Assembly (NCBI GenBank): GCA_023515725.1
Contig: JALDTO010000246.1
Span: 405,680-469,679, forward strand
Length of the DNA stretch: 64,000 nt
Direction: 5' to 3'
Source: Amoeboaphelidium protococcarum X5
Lineage: Eukaryota > Fungi > Aphelidiomycota
Part shown: positions 40,101 through 53,933 of the stretch, one piece after another
Layout of the letters: each line of letters starts with the position of its first letter
Position numbering within the stretch: the first letter of the stretch is position 1
Notes under the pieces: model-generated
What the model was told of the DNA's origin: nothing
Databases searched by the model: none
Seen by the model: only the letters and a program-made list of their open reading frames with translations
Program-made: the position numbers and the translations under genes

Positions 40101-41448
40101 ATGTTTCAATGCGCGCTAGTTATTTTGATCGTCATCTCTCAGCTGACGTGGGCTCAATTCAATTATAACTACTCGTCTACTTACTTCAATCAATTTGGTC
40201 TCCACGTCAATGGTCTTGCTGTTGACACTGTAAATCAGGTGGCTTACATCAGTGGCTCTTCAAGTGTTGATTAGTATGGCGTAACAGGCTTTGGACGCTC
40301 TGATGCAAAATTCCTGAAGGTCAGTCTCGTCAACACTTCTGTGCTGTGGTATATTTCAGTTGGCTCGAGTTAGTTTGATTTGGGCGGAGCAGCGTATCAT
40401 TAGCTTAATAATAATAAATAAGTGCAGGCAGTGGCATTCAATCCTTAACCTCAAATCGTGGCATTTGGCATCACATCATTTGCGTAACCTTTGCTTTCTA
40501 TAAACTCTGATGGTAGCCCTGGAGTGATGTTTTACCATGCTAACTCTACACTTATTAATGTCGTGCCTTTCCCTGTCTCTTTTAATTCATAAGCTGGAGA
40601 GTAAGCTGAGTAACATGCAATGATCTATCACAACCACTCAGACTCTTTTCTAGTGTCGACTAATAATGCCAACTCTGCGTAGATATTTTCTGTAAGAGTC
40701 AATGGCTCTGTCTCTGTGGTTTATAACGTCACCCAAGGCGTGACAAAGTTTCTCAAGCTAGCCTATGACTGGGAATGTATTTACGCTGTCGGGTACACCA
40801 CAACATCACTGTATGCTCCTTTAACTGGCATTGAAGATATGATTGCGGTCAGGTTATCCAGTCTAAACTACACTGTCATTTCTAGTGGCTAGTTGGGTGC
40901 TGCTGGTGCTTACTCAGATTTGGGAGCTGTCAAAGTCATTGACGAAGTTGTTTACGTCGGTGGTTACGTCACTACCAACGACGGCGCATTGAACGCCACA
41001 TATGGTTAAGGTGGTCATGTTATTGGATTCTTTAATAGAGCAGGCAGGATTTTACTAAGAGGTGCTTTCGGTCAACTACATGGATTTTATCGCACGATGG
41101 ACATACATAGAGATTTAACTAGCAGAATCTTTATTGTATCTGGCTTCATTAGCGAATCACAGGATTTAGGTGCCGGTGCATTTATTGCCTATCTTTTGCC
41201 GAATTACTCTTTCAATTATGCTGAGTTTGTTGTCAATGGAACTGTTAGTGCTGCAACCAACATTGAGTACCCTTACGTGTTAGTTGAGCAATATACATAA
41301 TAAAATGGCGGACATGGCCCAATCTTGCTGGAGTATGGTAAAAATGGATTACAAGTCGCTTCGTCCTCCTAGATGCCTTTGAAAGTAGTCTCTACGCTGC
41401 TGCCCATCAGCACAACACTGCCTCCAACTACAAGGACTACAACGACTT

Positions 41449-41527
<79 letters not shown>

Positions 41528-43184
41528 CACGACAAGTACCACTTCCACGTCAACAACAACTACAACAACGCCTTAGATGTCATCGAAGACTAGCACCACA
41601 ATAACAACTACCCCTGTCGCTATCACATCTACTACGAAGCCAATGACAACCACCAGTTCAGCTTCGACAACTACTACTACATCAACGACATCTAGTACGA
41701 AGACGACTACTACCACAACTACCACCACTCCTTCGACAACGTCAACTTTGGTCATAACTTCATCCACTACATTTACTGTGCCGCTGACTACATCATTAAT
41801 AGCTGGAGAAGTGTCTGATTCGTTAAATAGTACCCTATCAACATCAAAAGAAGCTTTGTCCTCTACATTGCAATCAACTTTTGTACTCGTGTTCAACTAT
41901 ACGTCTAGTCTACAAAAGCTGTCTTCACTGGCGACCTTAACATAGTTTGCCCCTTTATCAAGTTATTATACTTTTGATGACACAGTGTAGGATAGAAAGT
42001 CAATGTCTAGTGGTAATGTAGTCAATTTGTTCACCACCTCCGATGTTGTTAATTCAGGCTAGAACACTTCTTCGTCCGCATTGGTGACCTATGTAGCGGC
42101 CGCTGGCGCTGGAGCACTTATTCTACTTATCGCATTGGCGCTGCTTATAATTTGGTCAAGAAGACGCAGAAATAAGCCGATTATGCATAAAATGGACACA
42201 TTTTCCACTATGGTATCGGCTACTGTGATGACGGTGAACACGACATCTGGAGGCACGACTTATGTTGACGGAGATCGCCAAATATGTGTACCAGGTTTTA
42301 TGTAATTGAGCGAAGGTAGTCATTTTGTCAAAAACTACGGCAAGCCTTTGTCAGAAGGATCTTAAGGTGCTGTGTATATTGCAAAACTATTTGGCCTTCC
42401 GTTTGGTCACCCATTGCCTTAGATGGCCAATTAGGAGTGCATCGCCAAGTATCAAAAGCTGTCGACTGGTGATGATGCATTTCTCCAAGAGGTATCTCTG
42501 ATGTATTGCTTCATGAACAGCAATAATGTCGCCAAGATCATTGGATTTTCCTCTCAGCCATAGATTCTACTTATGCAATATTATCCGTATGGGTCTCTTG
42601 ATCGGTTTATTAAAGGTAAATCTTTGCTGAATTCGTAGATTGATTGGTCATCCGCTGTAGTTCATAAGCTGACGGTGGATATTTTCAGCGCTCTGAATGT
42701 GGTTCACTCTGCATTTGTCTCTCACGATGACATCAAGAGTGCCAATTTCCTTCTTGATCTATGTGATGGTCAAATAACCGCATTACTGACCGATTTTGGT
42801 ATTTGCGCTGTTTTGAATGGTGCAAAGACAGTGACTGGTATACGGTACAACGTACTTTAAGGTGCCACTCTATCTTATGCTGCTCCTGAAGTATTGCAGA
42901 ATCAATTTGTGCCTGTTTAGCAGCATACTAAGCGCGATATTTACGCAGCTGGTATCATAATCAATGAGCTGCTCTCCCGAGAAATGGCGTGGTTCGAAAT
43001 AAAGTCATTAGATGTCTCACAAATGGTGTTGAGAGGTGAGCGACCTCAGTTGCATTTGAAAATTGCTGATGATGAGACGGTGAGAAGAATAATCAGTATT
43101 ATGCATGCCGCCTATCATCAGGACTATATGCAAAGGCCATCCGCTGATCTAATAGTCGAGTCTTTAGGCTAAATCAAATAATGA
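40101..43184 (+). CDS. Receptor-like protein kinase (signal peptide, beta-rich ectodomain, Thr-rich stalk, TM, TKL-like kinase)
   Basis: Signal MFQCALVILIVISQLTWA; poly-Thr; TM AAAGAGALILLIALALLIIW-SRRRR; IAK, HDDIKSANFLL, TDFG, YAAPE. Confidence 0.88.
41451..41525 (+). repeat. (ACT)25 microsatellite encoding poly-Thr stalk
   Basis: 25 perfect ACT copies in frame. Confidence 0.92.
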
Positions 43185-43282
43185 AATCGAATGAAATCTC
43201 GTTTAGATGTATCAAATTCCCAAATTTTATCGCTATTGTTTCTTTTTCTTGTGTTTCGTCATCGACTACCAAAGTGAGTAAA

Positions 43283-44587
43283 ATGTTGAAAACGGTTAAA
43301 ACTTTGACGCGTGAACTGAATTCGATTCACCAGAGCACCAGGCGTTATGCTATTGGTACCTATCAGAGATTGTATTCTACTGAAACTAGTGACTCTGCAG
43401 TATTACCTGAGAAGGAAGAATCCCTGAGTGATATTGCGCTGTAGACTGATTTGAAGGAGAAGATCGCGAATAGACAATTTGAAGATGCATTACGCGTTAT
43501 CTAAAACTTGGATCAGTCAAGCAAGCAGGCTATGGGTGAATTTTTCTAGACTATATTTGCAGAAATAGGCACCAAGACTCCCAGAAATGCCAATACTAAA
43601 GAAGAGAATATCCGCGACCCTTTACGCTTTGTTAGCAGCGCGTTTAATGCCAGTCGTCTATAGCTCGGCGATTTGACCAACGCTGATGCTCGCCGCTCCG
43701 TCCTGATGGCCAAGAGTTAATTAAATCACACGAGAGATATCGAGAATTGGCTGAAGGTTCGCGAACCGTTTACTGTTAATGAACTCTGTATGATGTCAGA
43801 TGGTTGTGTTAACAGGTGGAATCTACCGATGGCCAAGGCATTGCTGTTAAAGGCTGCGACTATTGAGAACTTTGAGAAGGAGATTTAATATCTGGACTCC
43901 TCCACGTTTTACGCTCAAAGACTGCTTCAGAATTTGTTGAAGGATAATGAGAAGAAGGATGCCCTGACTTTACTGAGAGATCAGGTTGATGTGGAGGCAA
44001 TGAAAAAGAGTCTAGAAGCTGCACAAGCTGAAGGAGTGTATTATCGCGACATGGTACTGAGCAGATATCTGAAGACTGTAGGCGCAATGGAAGGAGTCGA
44101 TCACTCATTGCAAGCCTTTCAGAATCATATGAAAATGCCTGATATTAAAGCCTCTGGAAGACCGCCGTTCGCCATTCTATACGCTGGCCTGTTGAACGTG
44201 GCAGAGACTCACTCGGCTGAGAAGTTGTTTTTGCGTCTCTTTGATGAGATCAAGAAGTATCACTCTCACACCAAGAACGCGCTAAACACTAGAATGATTG
44301 AGTCGTTGGGACTGAATTTTATTGTGACTGGAGTCTGTCCAATGTTGTTGCGTCTGCAGCGTGATTATGATGCTATCAATTTGTTGAAAGCGGCACTGCC
44401 TTTGGATTTCAAGTATCAGGATAAGAGAATGCTGACTGCGTTGAAGGATATCCAGAAGACTCTTGAGTATAAGAACTTGAAGTACGCCGCAGAGTTGAAT
44501 TCAGTGATTGTCAATGCCAAGGATGTCAGCCAGAACAATGAGCCACTTTGGAAATCTGCTGATTTCAAGAATATTTTAAAGAATTGA
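43283..44587 (+). CDS. Hypothetical helical protein, probably mitochondrial
   Basis: MLKTVKTLTRELNSIHQSTRRY...RLYST presequence-like start; 435-codon frame. Confidence 0.7.
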
Positions 44588-44653
44588 TAGAAGCGATATA
44601 GGAGTAAAATGAAGTTGAATAATCAAATTTATTGATATATAATTTCTTTAAGA

Positions 44654-45424
44654 TCAAGTATTTTTAGGAGGGTTTAGTTGGGCAGTCCAAAGGATCGGGA
44701 CGTCTGAATGCACAGTTATTTTGACACAATACGCGCCGCATTGGCCATCCTTTACAACATCTTCTTTTATCAAGTTTGAGGTGCTAATCTGAGAGCCTAT
44801 ACTTGTCCTCCATTCGTTAACATCCCATTATAAGCCGGTGGTTGAGATCACAGCGTCCCCAATAAAAGGAATCAGTCCGCAAACTCTCCCTTAATACCAG
44901 TCATTGTGATAAAGCACATTGTGATCACCCTACTACAACAGGCACATCCAGTTTGAATCTTTGAGATCAAGTATTAAAGAAGGCACTTGGAAATTGGTGA
45001 AAGAATGCGGATATTGATACAGAGTATGAATAGTGGACATGCTCTAATCAAACCGGTCCCCGATTCCACCAATGATAATCAGATAATCAAACATCAGATG
45101 TGATAGACCATGTAAATGACTAAGACATTTCTGAAAATCTGTCGTGTCTTGATCATCAGACTATACAATCTCGCAATTACTTCCAGAAGATTTCAATTTC
45201 TATAGCACGTCATGAGTGATAGAGTCCATATCACCCACTGCAAAGTCTGGTATTAGCCCATAATCTAATAGCTGTCCTGCAGCCCCATCCGCACTTATTC
45301 TCACCACAGCCTTATTGAATATACTTTTGACCCAGTCTTGATACTCTGCTCTGAATGGTGGATTTAGTACAATCAACGCATACTTTTACTATTCCAAAAT
45401 CTGTCTCAGATCTATAATCGTCAT
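44654..45424 (-). CDS. THI80: Thiamine pyrophosphokinase
   Basis: ALIVLN, ADGAA, GDMDSI, DQDTTDFQKCL, GGIGDRFDQ, GL[TAA=Q]WDV, ISTSN. Confidence 0.92.
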
Positions 45425-45581
45425 ATTTTCCTGATACCGTAGATATCTAAGCGACTATGGTTGAGTGGGGGTAAGGCATTAAGAAGAAATACAACATCAA
45501 ATCAAATATAAATTTCAAAATATTATTTCATACAAAAAGAATTCATAAAGTTCATAACTAGATATACATCACAAATCATAA

Positions 45582-45944
45582 TCATAGTACATGCTTGTAG
45601 TAGTCAATGCGTCTTTAATGCCATTGATTCTCTTACTGGTGTTAACCGCAGTGAGACATCAACTGGACGCGTTTCATCTCGTCGCCATGCGCGTCATGAT
45701 AGATCTGCTTGAGATCGGCAGCCTTTAGTGGTTTCACATTAGCACCGGCACTTACTCTGCAGATTATAGAAATGGCCTTCAGAATCTCTTGATATTCCAC
45801 TTCATGCTCACTCTTTTGTTTGATTAGTATCCACTACTTTTACTGCGCATCATCAGGCACAGCATTGGTGTCACTCTCACACTGATATTCCTTCGTATTA
45901 GTGAAAGGCTTAGTAATCTTTTAAAGCAAGCTTTTAAGAAACAT
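45582..45944 (-). CDS. Hypothetical 120-aa protein
   Basis: ATG-to-TGA frame with TAR=Gln; no recognised motif. Confidence 0.45.
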
Positions 45945-46370
45945 TTTTTATTCAATAGCAGCAAAAGATTGTTAACAAAGGATAAGAAATTGAAGAGTGC
46001 AAGTCATATGATCAACTTTAAATCTGAAGCTCCAAAAGACCGGAAGTGTAACACAGATCTGCCAAGATCAATCAATCACTTGATGACATCACATGACTAT
46101 TTTAAATCTGTATAATTACATTCATTCCTGAAACGGAATAAATATCACCTGAACTGAAAAGCCGATTATGCAAAATCCCTGCAGAATTTTTCAGGTTGCA
46201 AGTTTTAGCATCGTGAATTTTACACAAATCCCTCACTGGCGATTTTGCAATGACGAATGTTATGATGATTCACGCGCCTTTCTCTTTTCGGCCCACTTTA
46301 TAGAAATTTAATCGCATCCTATTGTTCCCGTTCATATCATTTAGTAAAATTAATATTGCTTGTATATCAT

Positions 46371-47762
46371 ATGAGGATCGATACTTTAATCGTCTGTGTA
46401 TATGGAGTACTGCCGGCTGCCCTGGGTACACAGATACCGTTTTACTTGAGAAATCAGATCGACGTTTTTGATAAAGCCTTGGTGGCGATTAATGATCAAT
46501 CCTCATTGTCAATTTAATCCATGCAGGCGGCGGTTAATGGTACATTGACAGCAGATGATCAGCAACAATTTTGGTCTGCAGTAATGAGCGATTCTGGAAT
46601 AGATCAGCTGTATGGCACTGTAAAATGTCGCTTCAATGTACCAGACTTGCCTACCGATTGCGATGCCTAAGATTTGTACGCCACTTTAGTATAAGCGCAG
46701 GGAGTAAATAGTGTGAATTCTTCATTCAGTATTAGCGCAAGAGACATCAAGATCATTGCAAGTTTTGGAGACTCTATGACTGCTGGATTGTTTATGAATG
46801 GCAATAAAGCCACGCTTTTCCGGCACATGTTCAAGTTGGGTACTGAAGATCGAGGCTTGATTTGGTCCACTGGTGGAATCGGCAAATCCGTCACTCTGGC
46901 CAATATACTGTCGACAGTTTAAGGCTAAAGTGGCTCAGTTGATCAAGATGTAACACTCTATGGTAAAGCTTATTAGCGCACACCCACGTTTACTTCAGTC
47001 CTTGATTTGAATGTTAAAGAGTTCAACTTTGCTGAATGCAGTCTTCCATTTGATCAACTGCATAGCCAGGTTGCCGTGTTCAAGTAACGATATAGAGAAT
47101 TAATTACGGCGTAGCCTTAGTACGAAAAAAAATGGAAATGGCTTCATCTTTTTGGTGGTGGAATCAATCTGTGCAATCATTGCTTTCCTGAAGAGTTCAT
47201 GACTGACATGGGAGATCTGCGTAAGTATGTGAGAAAGTTGGTCGGCGATTTACACTAGGAATACCAAAGTTAATACTTTGTCTTGTCCTTCTATACTCTT
47301 TTCAAAAATCCTAGTTAGATTTACGATTTGGGAGTGGGGAGTGGGAATTCGTTAAGACGTCAATGGTGTGCTTCTGTTTAGAAGAATGGCGATTTTTGTC
47401 GTTGTATGTTCAGAGACGCGTAGACGCGTTAGATTGCTGACTAATGGGTGCTTAAATTTAATCTAATGTTGGTTGACACCATAGCTGAACTATAAAATGA
47501 GTATCAGAGTGATACGTTCAGGCTGAATCTCATACGTACGATGGAGTCTGTCGATATGAAAGAGCTGGGTGAAGGATTTCTATCAGGCACCGATTGCTTC
47601 CATCCGTCGCTGTGTTTTAGTCGATTGATCGCGTACAAACTGTGGGAAGATGCTGTGAGTGGTCAACTACATTACACAGATGACCCGTCGTGGTACGCCA
47701 AGCGTCCTATTAATTGGACGAAATGTTTAGAGTAGAGCCAAGAATACAATTTGTATCTGTGA
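46371..47762 (+). CDS. Secreted SGNH/GDSL phospholipase B-like lipase
   Basis: Signal peptide; DIKIIASFGDSMTAG, EDRGLIWSTGG, TLANIL, GGINLC, DCFHPS. Confidence 0.85.
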
Positions 47763-47794
47763 AAAATAAAGAGTTTAAAATTATATCTTGTGAC

Positions 47795-48581
47795 TCACTG
47801 CTTCTTTGCTTCTAGAACTTACGCTATAGTCTGAACTATCGTCTCAACTTCAGCCATTGCTCCAACTCCTACACAGCTGTCAACAAAATATCATAAACAG
47901 TCAGTCTGAGCTTTCATTTACCTTGATCGCCACACACTAAATTCTTTGAAATCGCTGGAATGACGGTGATAACGGGCTGCTTTTGGGAATTTGTAAGTTG
48001 AACTAGTTACTGTAAATGCTGAGCAGTGATTGGATGTTGATACATGAAAGTGTTCATGGCTGGACACGCAATAATGGGCTTTTCACAGTCCCATGCTCGC
48101 AATATACACGTCTACATAAAGAGTAAATAGAAGTTATGATATGGTAAGCCATATAAATAATAAAAAGTAACAACTTACCAACAGATTATCGCACATCCCG
48201 TTGACAATCTTAGCCAAAGAATTCGCACTCAGAGGACTGATGACCATCAAATCTGCCCACTTTCTCAACTACACATCCTCCTAAAAGAGCTTTTAATTTA
48301 ATTAATCATATAGTAAACGTAATCACGTTTCAATGTAATACCTCGATATGTAGAACAGGATCTCCTCGTTTAGTCCATGAACTCCACTCATCTTAATCTG
48401 TGTAAAGTAAGACGTCTGAAGGTAGAGTATTTTTGTCAATGAAATGAAGGGCATTATGAGTGGAGACTACCCTTATACTTAAGCTATCAGATGGCTAAAG
48501 TTCCTGCTAAATCAATTCAATGAGTAATGGTAACTTAATAGTTGCAACGCTACCAGTTACTCCAATCAAAATATTCACCAT
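47795..48581 (-). CDS. PPCDC: Phosphopantothenoylcysteine decarboxylase (HAL3/CAB3 family), spliced
   Basis: ILIGVTGSVATIK, PVLHIE|LRKWAD, PLSANSLAKIVNGMCDNL, RAWD, PAMNTFMYQHP, ACGD..GVGAMAE; about three short GT-AG introns. Confidence 0.92.
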
Positions 48582-48771
48582 TTTGAGACGCGTCGATCGG
48601 AACAAGTGGCTCTGTAGAACTGTCAAAACGATAATAAGACTGTGAGATGAAATTTACTTAAAGGTGAGGATCGAAACATTAAAATTTATTATATTCTACT
48701 TCCAAACAGTTGAACATCATTCAAACATTCATACTACATAAAAAGGCTTCAAGCTGATTCGATACTTTCAA

Positions 48772-49893
48772 TCAGTAAGTTGGGCCGCCGGTTGGCAGGG
48801 TAGCCTGGGTGCTGGAAGAGCTTGAGCTCTGAACACATTGGCATTGCTGAGGAGCTGGAACAGGGGCAGGAGCTCCATAGCCAGGCGCAGGTACGCTTGG
48901 AAGGGGAGTTTGATTGACAACAGTCGCAGCAGCGACTTCTACTGTTGCGCTAGTGGTGGTAGTAACAGGGGGTAAAGTTTCCGGAGTCGGTCTCAATCTA
49001 CACTTGGTAGCTGGACTTACCTCACCAGGGGGACAAGATGGCAGTGGGCGCAAATTAATTTGCAATGGACCTTCAAAGGACTTCATATAGACAGGTCCGT
49101 AGACAACACCATTCAGACCCTAACCCGATGCCAGAGGAGCAACGACCGCGCCTCTAACAGCAATGCCGTAAATCTAGATGGTGGTGGCCTAGTAAAAGTT
49201 GAAAATCACATTAAAACCTGCCAAGGCCTCTTGATCCATGTTAGCCATGACTGGAGACGTGCCAGCGATGTTTAATACGATAGTGGCACCCTATTTCAAC
49301 CCAGATACGGAGGCGAAAGACTTCACAGCAGAGCCCAGATAAGACCCATCAGCAACGTTCATACACTCGACCATTCTCTGACCACCAAAAGTCAACTTCA
49401 AGTTTAACAACGCGTCCACTTCACGAGACACCACAGTATCAGCCATCAGAGACAATTCTAAAGACATGGCTTTAACATCAGTCCATGCTGCATTGAAGTT
49501 AAAATGCTGAGGATTCTCTAACACCTAACAGCCATTCTCCATGATCATGCCAGTTGCAATCTGAGAGGTGGAGTTGTCACCAACCACAATGTTTCCAAAG
49601 TAGTTACGACCATTCGGCCACTTCAACGAGCCACCAGCTACAGTTACAGCATCACTGCACGTGCTGACATTCTGGAGCTTGTCACCGACACTGAAGCCAG
49701 CACCAAAATCAGCATTACCCTGCACAGCCAACTTACCCTCAACATCGGAAGAGGCTTTCATGTCACCGAAAATGATTGCATTGTAGTCGGACACTGACGG
49801 CATCTTCACACACCCACGCTCAGTATCAAACAGCTTTGCATGGGACGCGACACACAACACACTCACAACAGCTGAAACAACAGAATACTTCAT
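48772..49893 (-). CDS. Secreted choice-of-anchor A (ice-binding-like beta-solenoid) domain protein with Pro/Thr tail
   Basis: Signal peptide; YNAIIFGDMKASSDVEGKLAVQGNA...FSVG; TIVLNIAG; VIFNF; GSLLAP; GVVYG. Confidence 0.8.
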
Positions 49894-50170
49894 GATTATT
49901 ACAACGGTTAATATTATTGGATGTAATAAATTTATTATCTCTAAAATTTGATCTTGAGAAGGAAGAAAGACGCTAACGTTGTTAACATCTGAGATCATCT
50001 GGAGGCGGATACTAAAATAAGATCACCTGTAATCAAAGTCTTGACTGGGATTTGGTCAGTATCGATATCCGCCAATCAACTCACTCTCTTGATAATCTGG
50101 TCATTTTTCGTACATCAAAGTACTCAAATTACAACAATGGAACAAATTTATATATGTTAATATAGTATAA

Positions 50171-52200
50171 TCATGAAATAATAGATTTCAATTTTGAAGC
50201 ATCTGTGGAATTGAGGGGCTTTGCCATTTAACTGCAGTCTATTGTGTATATCTTGCCATTACGACCACCAACAACGCAATGCTTTCCATTCTGTTCCCAA
50301 GTGAGCTAATACAGGGCGGACTGATCTTCGGTGACTTACATCGATTAGATTGGCTCCTACAAATACAAAGTATAAATGAATAATCCTGATTCATAATCAA
50401 AATTACCTCTTGACTGAATAATAGATTCCAAATATCAAACTGACCAAATTCGTTAACAGTTGCAAACACAGATTGATTCTGCGGAGACCATCGAGCATCC
50501 TGTACTGCTCCTTGAGTACATTCCATTGAGAGTTTTGGCTCGTGAAGAATAGCATTCTACGCCTTAGCCTGAGATTGTGGCCTTTAAGATGGCAGTGAGT
50601 ACAGATTAAGGGTCTAATCACTTGATGCCGCAAGTACAAGTTCACCAGGCGCAGTGTGAGGACTTTTGAATATATCGATACAGTTAAGTCGACCAAAGTG
50701 AGGTGTGAACGCCTCGCTATCCATAATACCAGCCTTCAAACCTGCCTAATCATAACGATTAATGAGCGCAATCTGTCCCTACTCAAATCCCGCGATAAAA
50801 TGCGTATCATCACTAGCCAATAAATCAAAGGAACTGACGGACATCAATGGTGCTCCTGATTTACTTGATTATAAGCGCAGACATTCTGTTGGCTTGTGGA
50901 GCATATCAACTTGCCATGAACAGAATACTCCATCCACAGATACTGAGTGAATCTATTGCAAATCAGATGCCGAGCCAGTAAGAAATAATCTACATATTCT
51001 ATCAGCATGCCAGTTGGCACATACAGGACTCTGCAGGACTGCCTTCTAACCAGCACGATTATCCCAAATAACAACTTGTCCATTCGCAAGTCCACCAACC
51101 ACTAAATTTGGATGTTTACTGATAAATTTGGCACTACTTACTTCATAGTGCGCTGTAAAAGTGAACTCTGGCACATTGTTCAAGTGTTCATTCCACACAA
51201 GAACTAAACCAGACTTGTGATTATAATCTCTTGTGGATGATACTAGTTATGATGATGATACTTGCTATGAAGAATATAATGAATCACCTTGGATAGAATA
51301 AGATGCCAGTGAGAGTTCTTCAAAGTGTGGCGATAGATCCACGTCCAAAATACTGCAAACACCCAGTTATAAAGATTAGTTATGCATTGCGGAGCGTACA
51401 CGCGCTTTTCTCAACTTGGCTCCATTTAAAAGTACATAATCTTCGTCATTTAATGCAGTATCTTGGCTGCCACCAGCACTACGCAGCGTATAGTCTTTAA
51501 AGAGATCAAAGTCATCACGCATAGCCTTCTCCACAGTCTTGGTAGCATTAATGAGAAAATCTTAATAATTAGTACTACTTTACAATTATTTAAGCCGTTC
51601 ACTCTCAAGGAACTTTATTTAACCTTATCTTGATTCAGTTTACTCTTTACTGAGGGCACTTTGGACCTATTCATCAGCTACTACATAGTGATCTCGCGGA
51701 GATTCAGCATTTTCCAGAGGGGACTATGGAGGCGGTGATAGATCCTGCGTTGAAGTTTAAATCTCCTTCTCATACATCACCTTTGACTACAAGTATATTT
51801 TTAAATATAAGCCAAGTATAATTTATAGTGTCTAACAGAGAAATCTTACCACTGGTTTAATCTCAAGAGAGTGAGACTATGATAGTTAAAATTAAGGCCC
51901 CGCATTAGCATGCATTGAGGTGGTCTTACTGCCATCATTATCGTCCAACTACTCTTTACTGTCAGGCTTGACCGGAGATACATGCTGACTGACTAGCTGA
52001 GCTACAAGTTATTCCACCTATGCATTGGCATCCAAACTTGCAGCAGCGCCAACTAAGCCAGTAGATGCAGATTCTCCGCTTCTCTTTGGGCGAGGTGATT
52101 GCTACGCACTAGCCTACTTTCTCTCTTCTCTAGCCTTTTTAAGTTCCGCCAACTATTATCTCTTCCTCTCCAGTTCCTCCTTTCTTTTAATAGTGTCCAT
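50171..52200 (-). CDS. Cytoplasmic dynein intermediate chain (spliced)
   Basis: RKEELERKRQQLAELKKAREER, YEKEI[TAA=Q]T light-chain site, FLINATKTVEKA, WD40 repeats; introns near 51787-51849 and 50357-50406. Confidence 0.88.
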
Positions 52201-52447
52201 TGTTAAGAAAATTAATTTTAATTACGGTACGATGGGTATGCGAGTTGTAAACAGCGATCTGTACTTGGTAGAAGAAATCTATCGCCAAGAACTTCAGCGT
52301 AAGTCCCAAACGCGTTTCCTCTAATGAGCGATTACCCTTTGACCGACTGTCAAAATGCTTAAGTTTACTCGGTTCGGATTTATATGAATGAATTCTACAC
52401 AAGATGTTTAAAGCGAAAAGCAAAGTCAATGGAAATAACAAATTAAC

Positions 52448-53674
<1,227 letters not shown>

Positions 53675-53933
53675 AAAATTATTGGTGTTTTAGATTTCGT
53701 CACTCCGATAGTGACTGAAAACAAAAAGAGGATCTTCGCTCGCTTAGCAAAGCTGCCGTTTGAGCGCGCTTGCTTATTTGAAGGGAGGAGAGAGAACTCA
53801 ACAGTAACTTGATTATGAGTTGCCATGGAAACGTTTACTAAATAAGCTTTTTGCAGCTGACCAGAATATTTTTTTGTCGCAAGATAGTATCTTTCTTCAA
53901 TATTCGTTTTGAAGCATCAAGTCTATTCATTCA

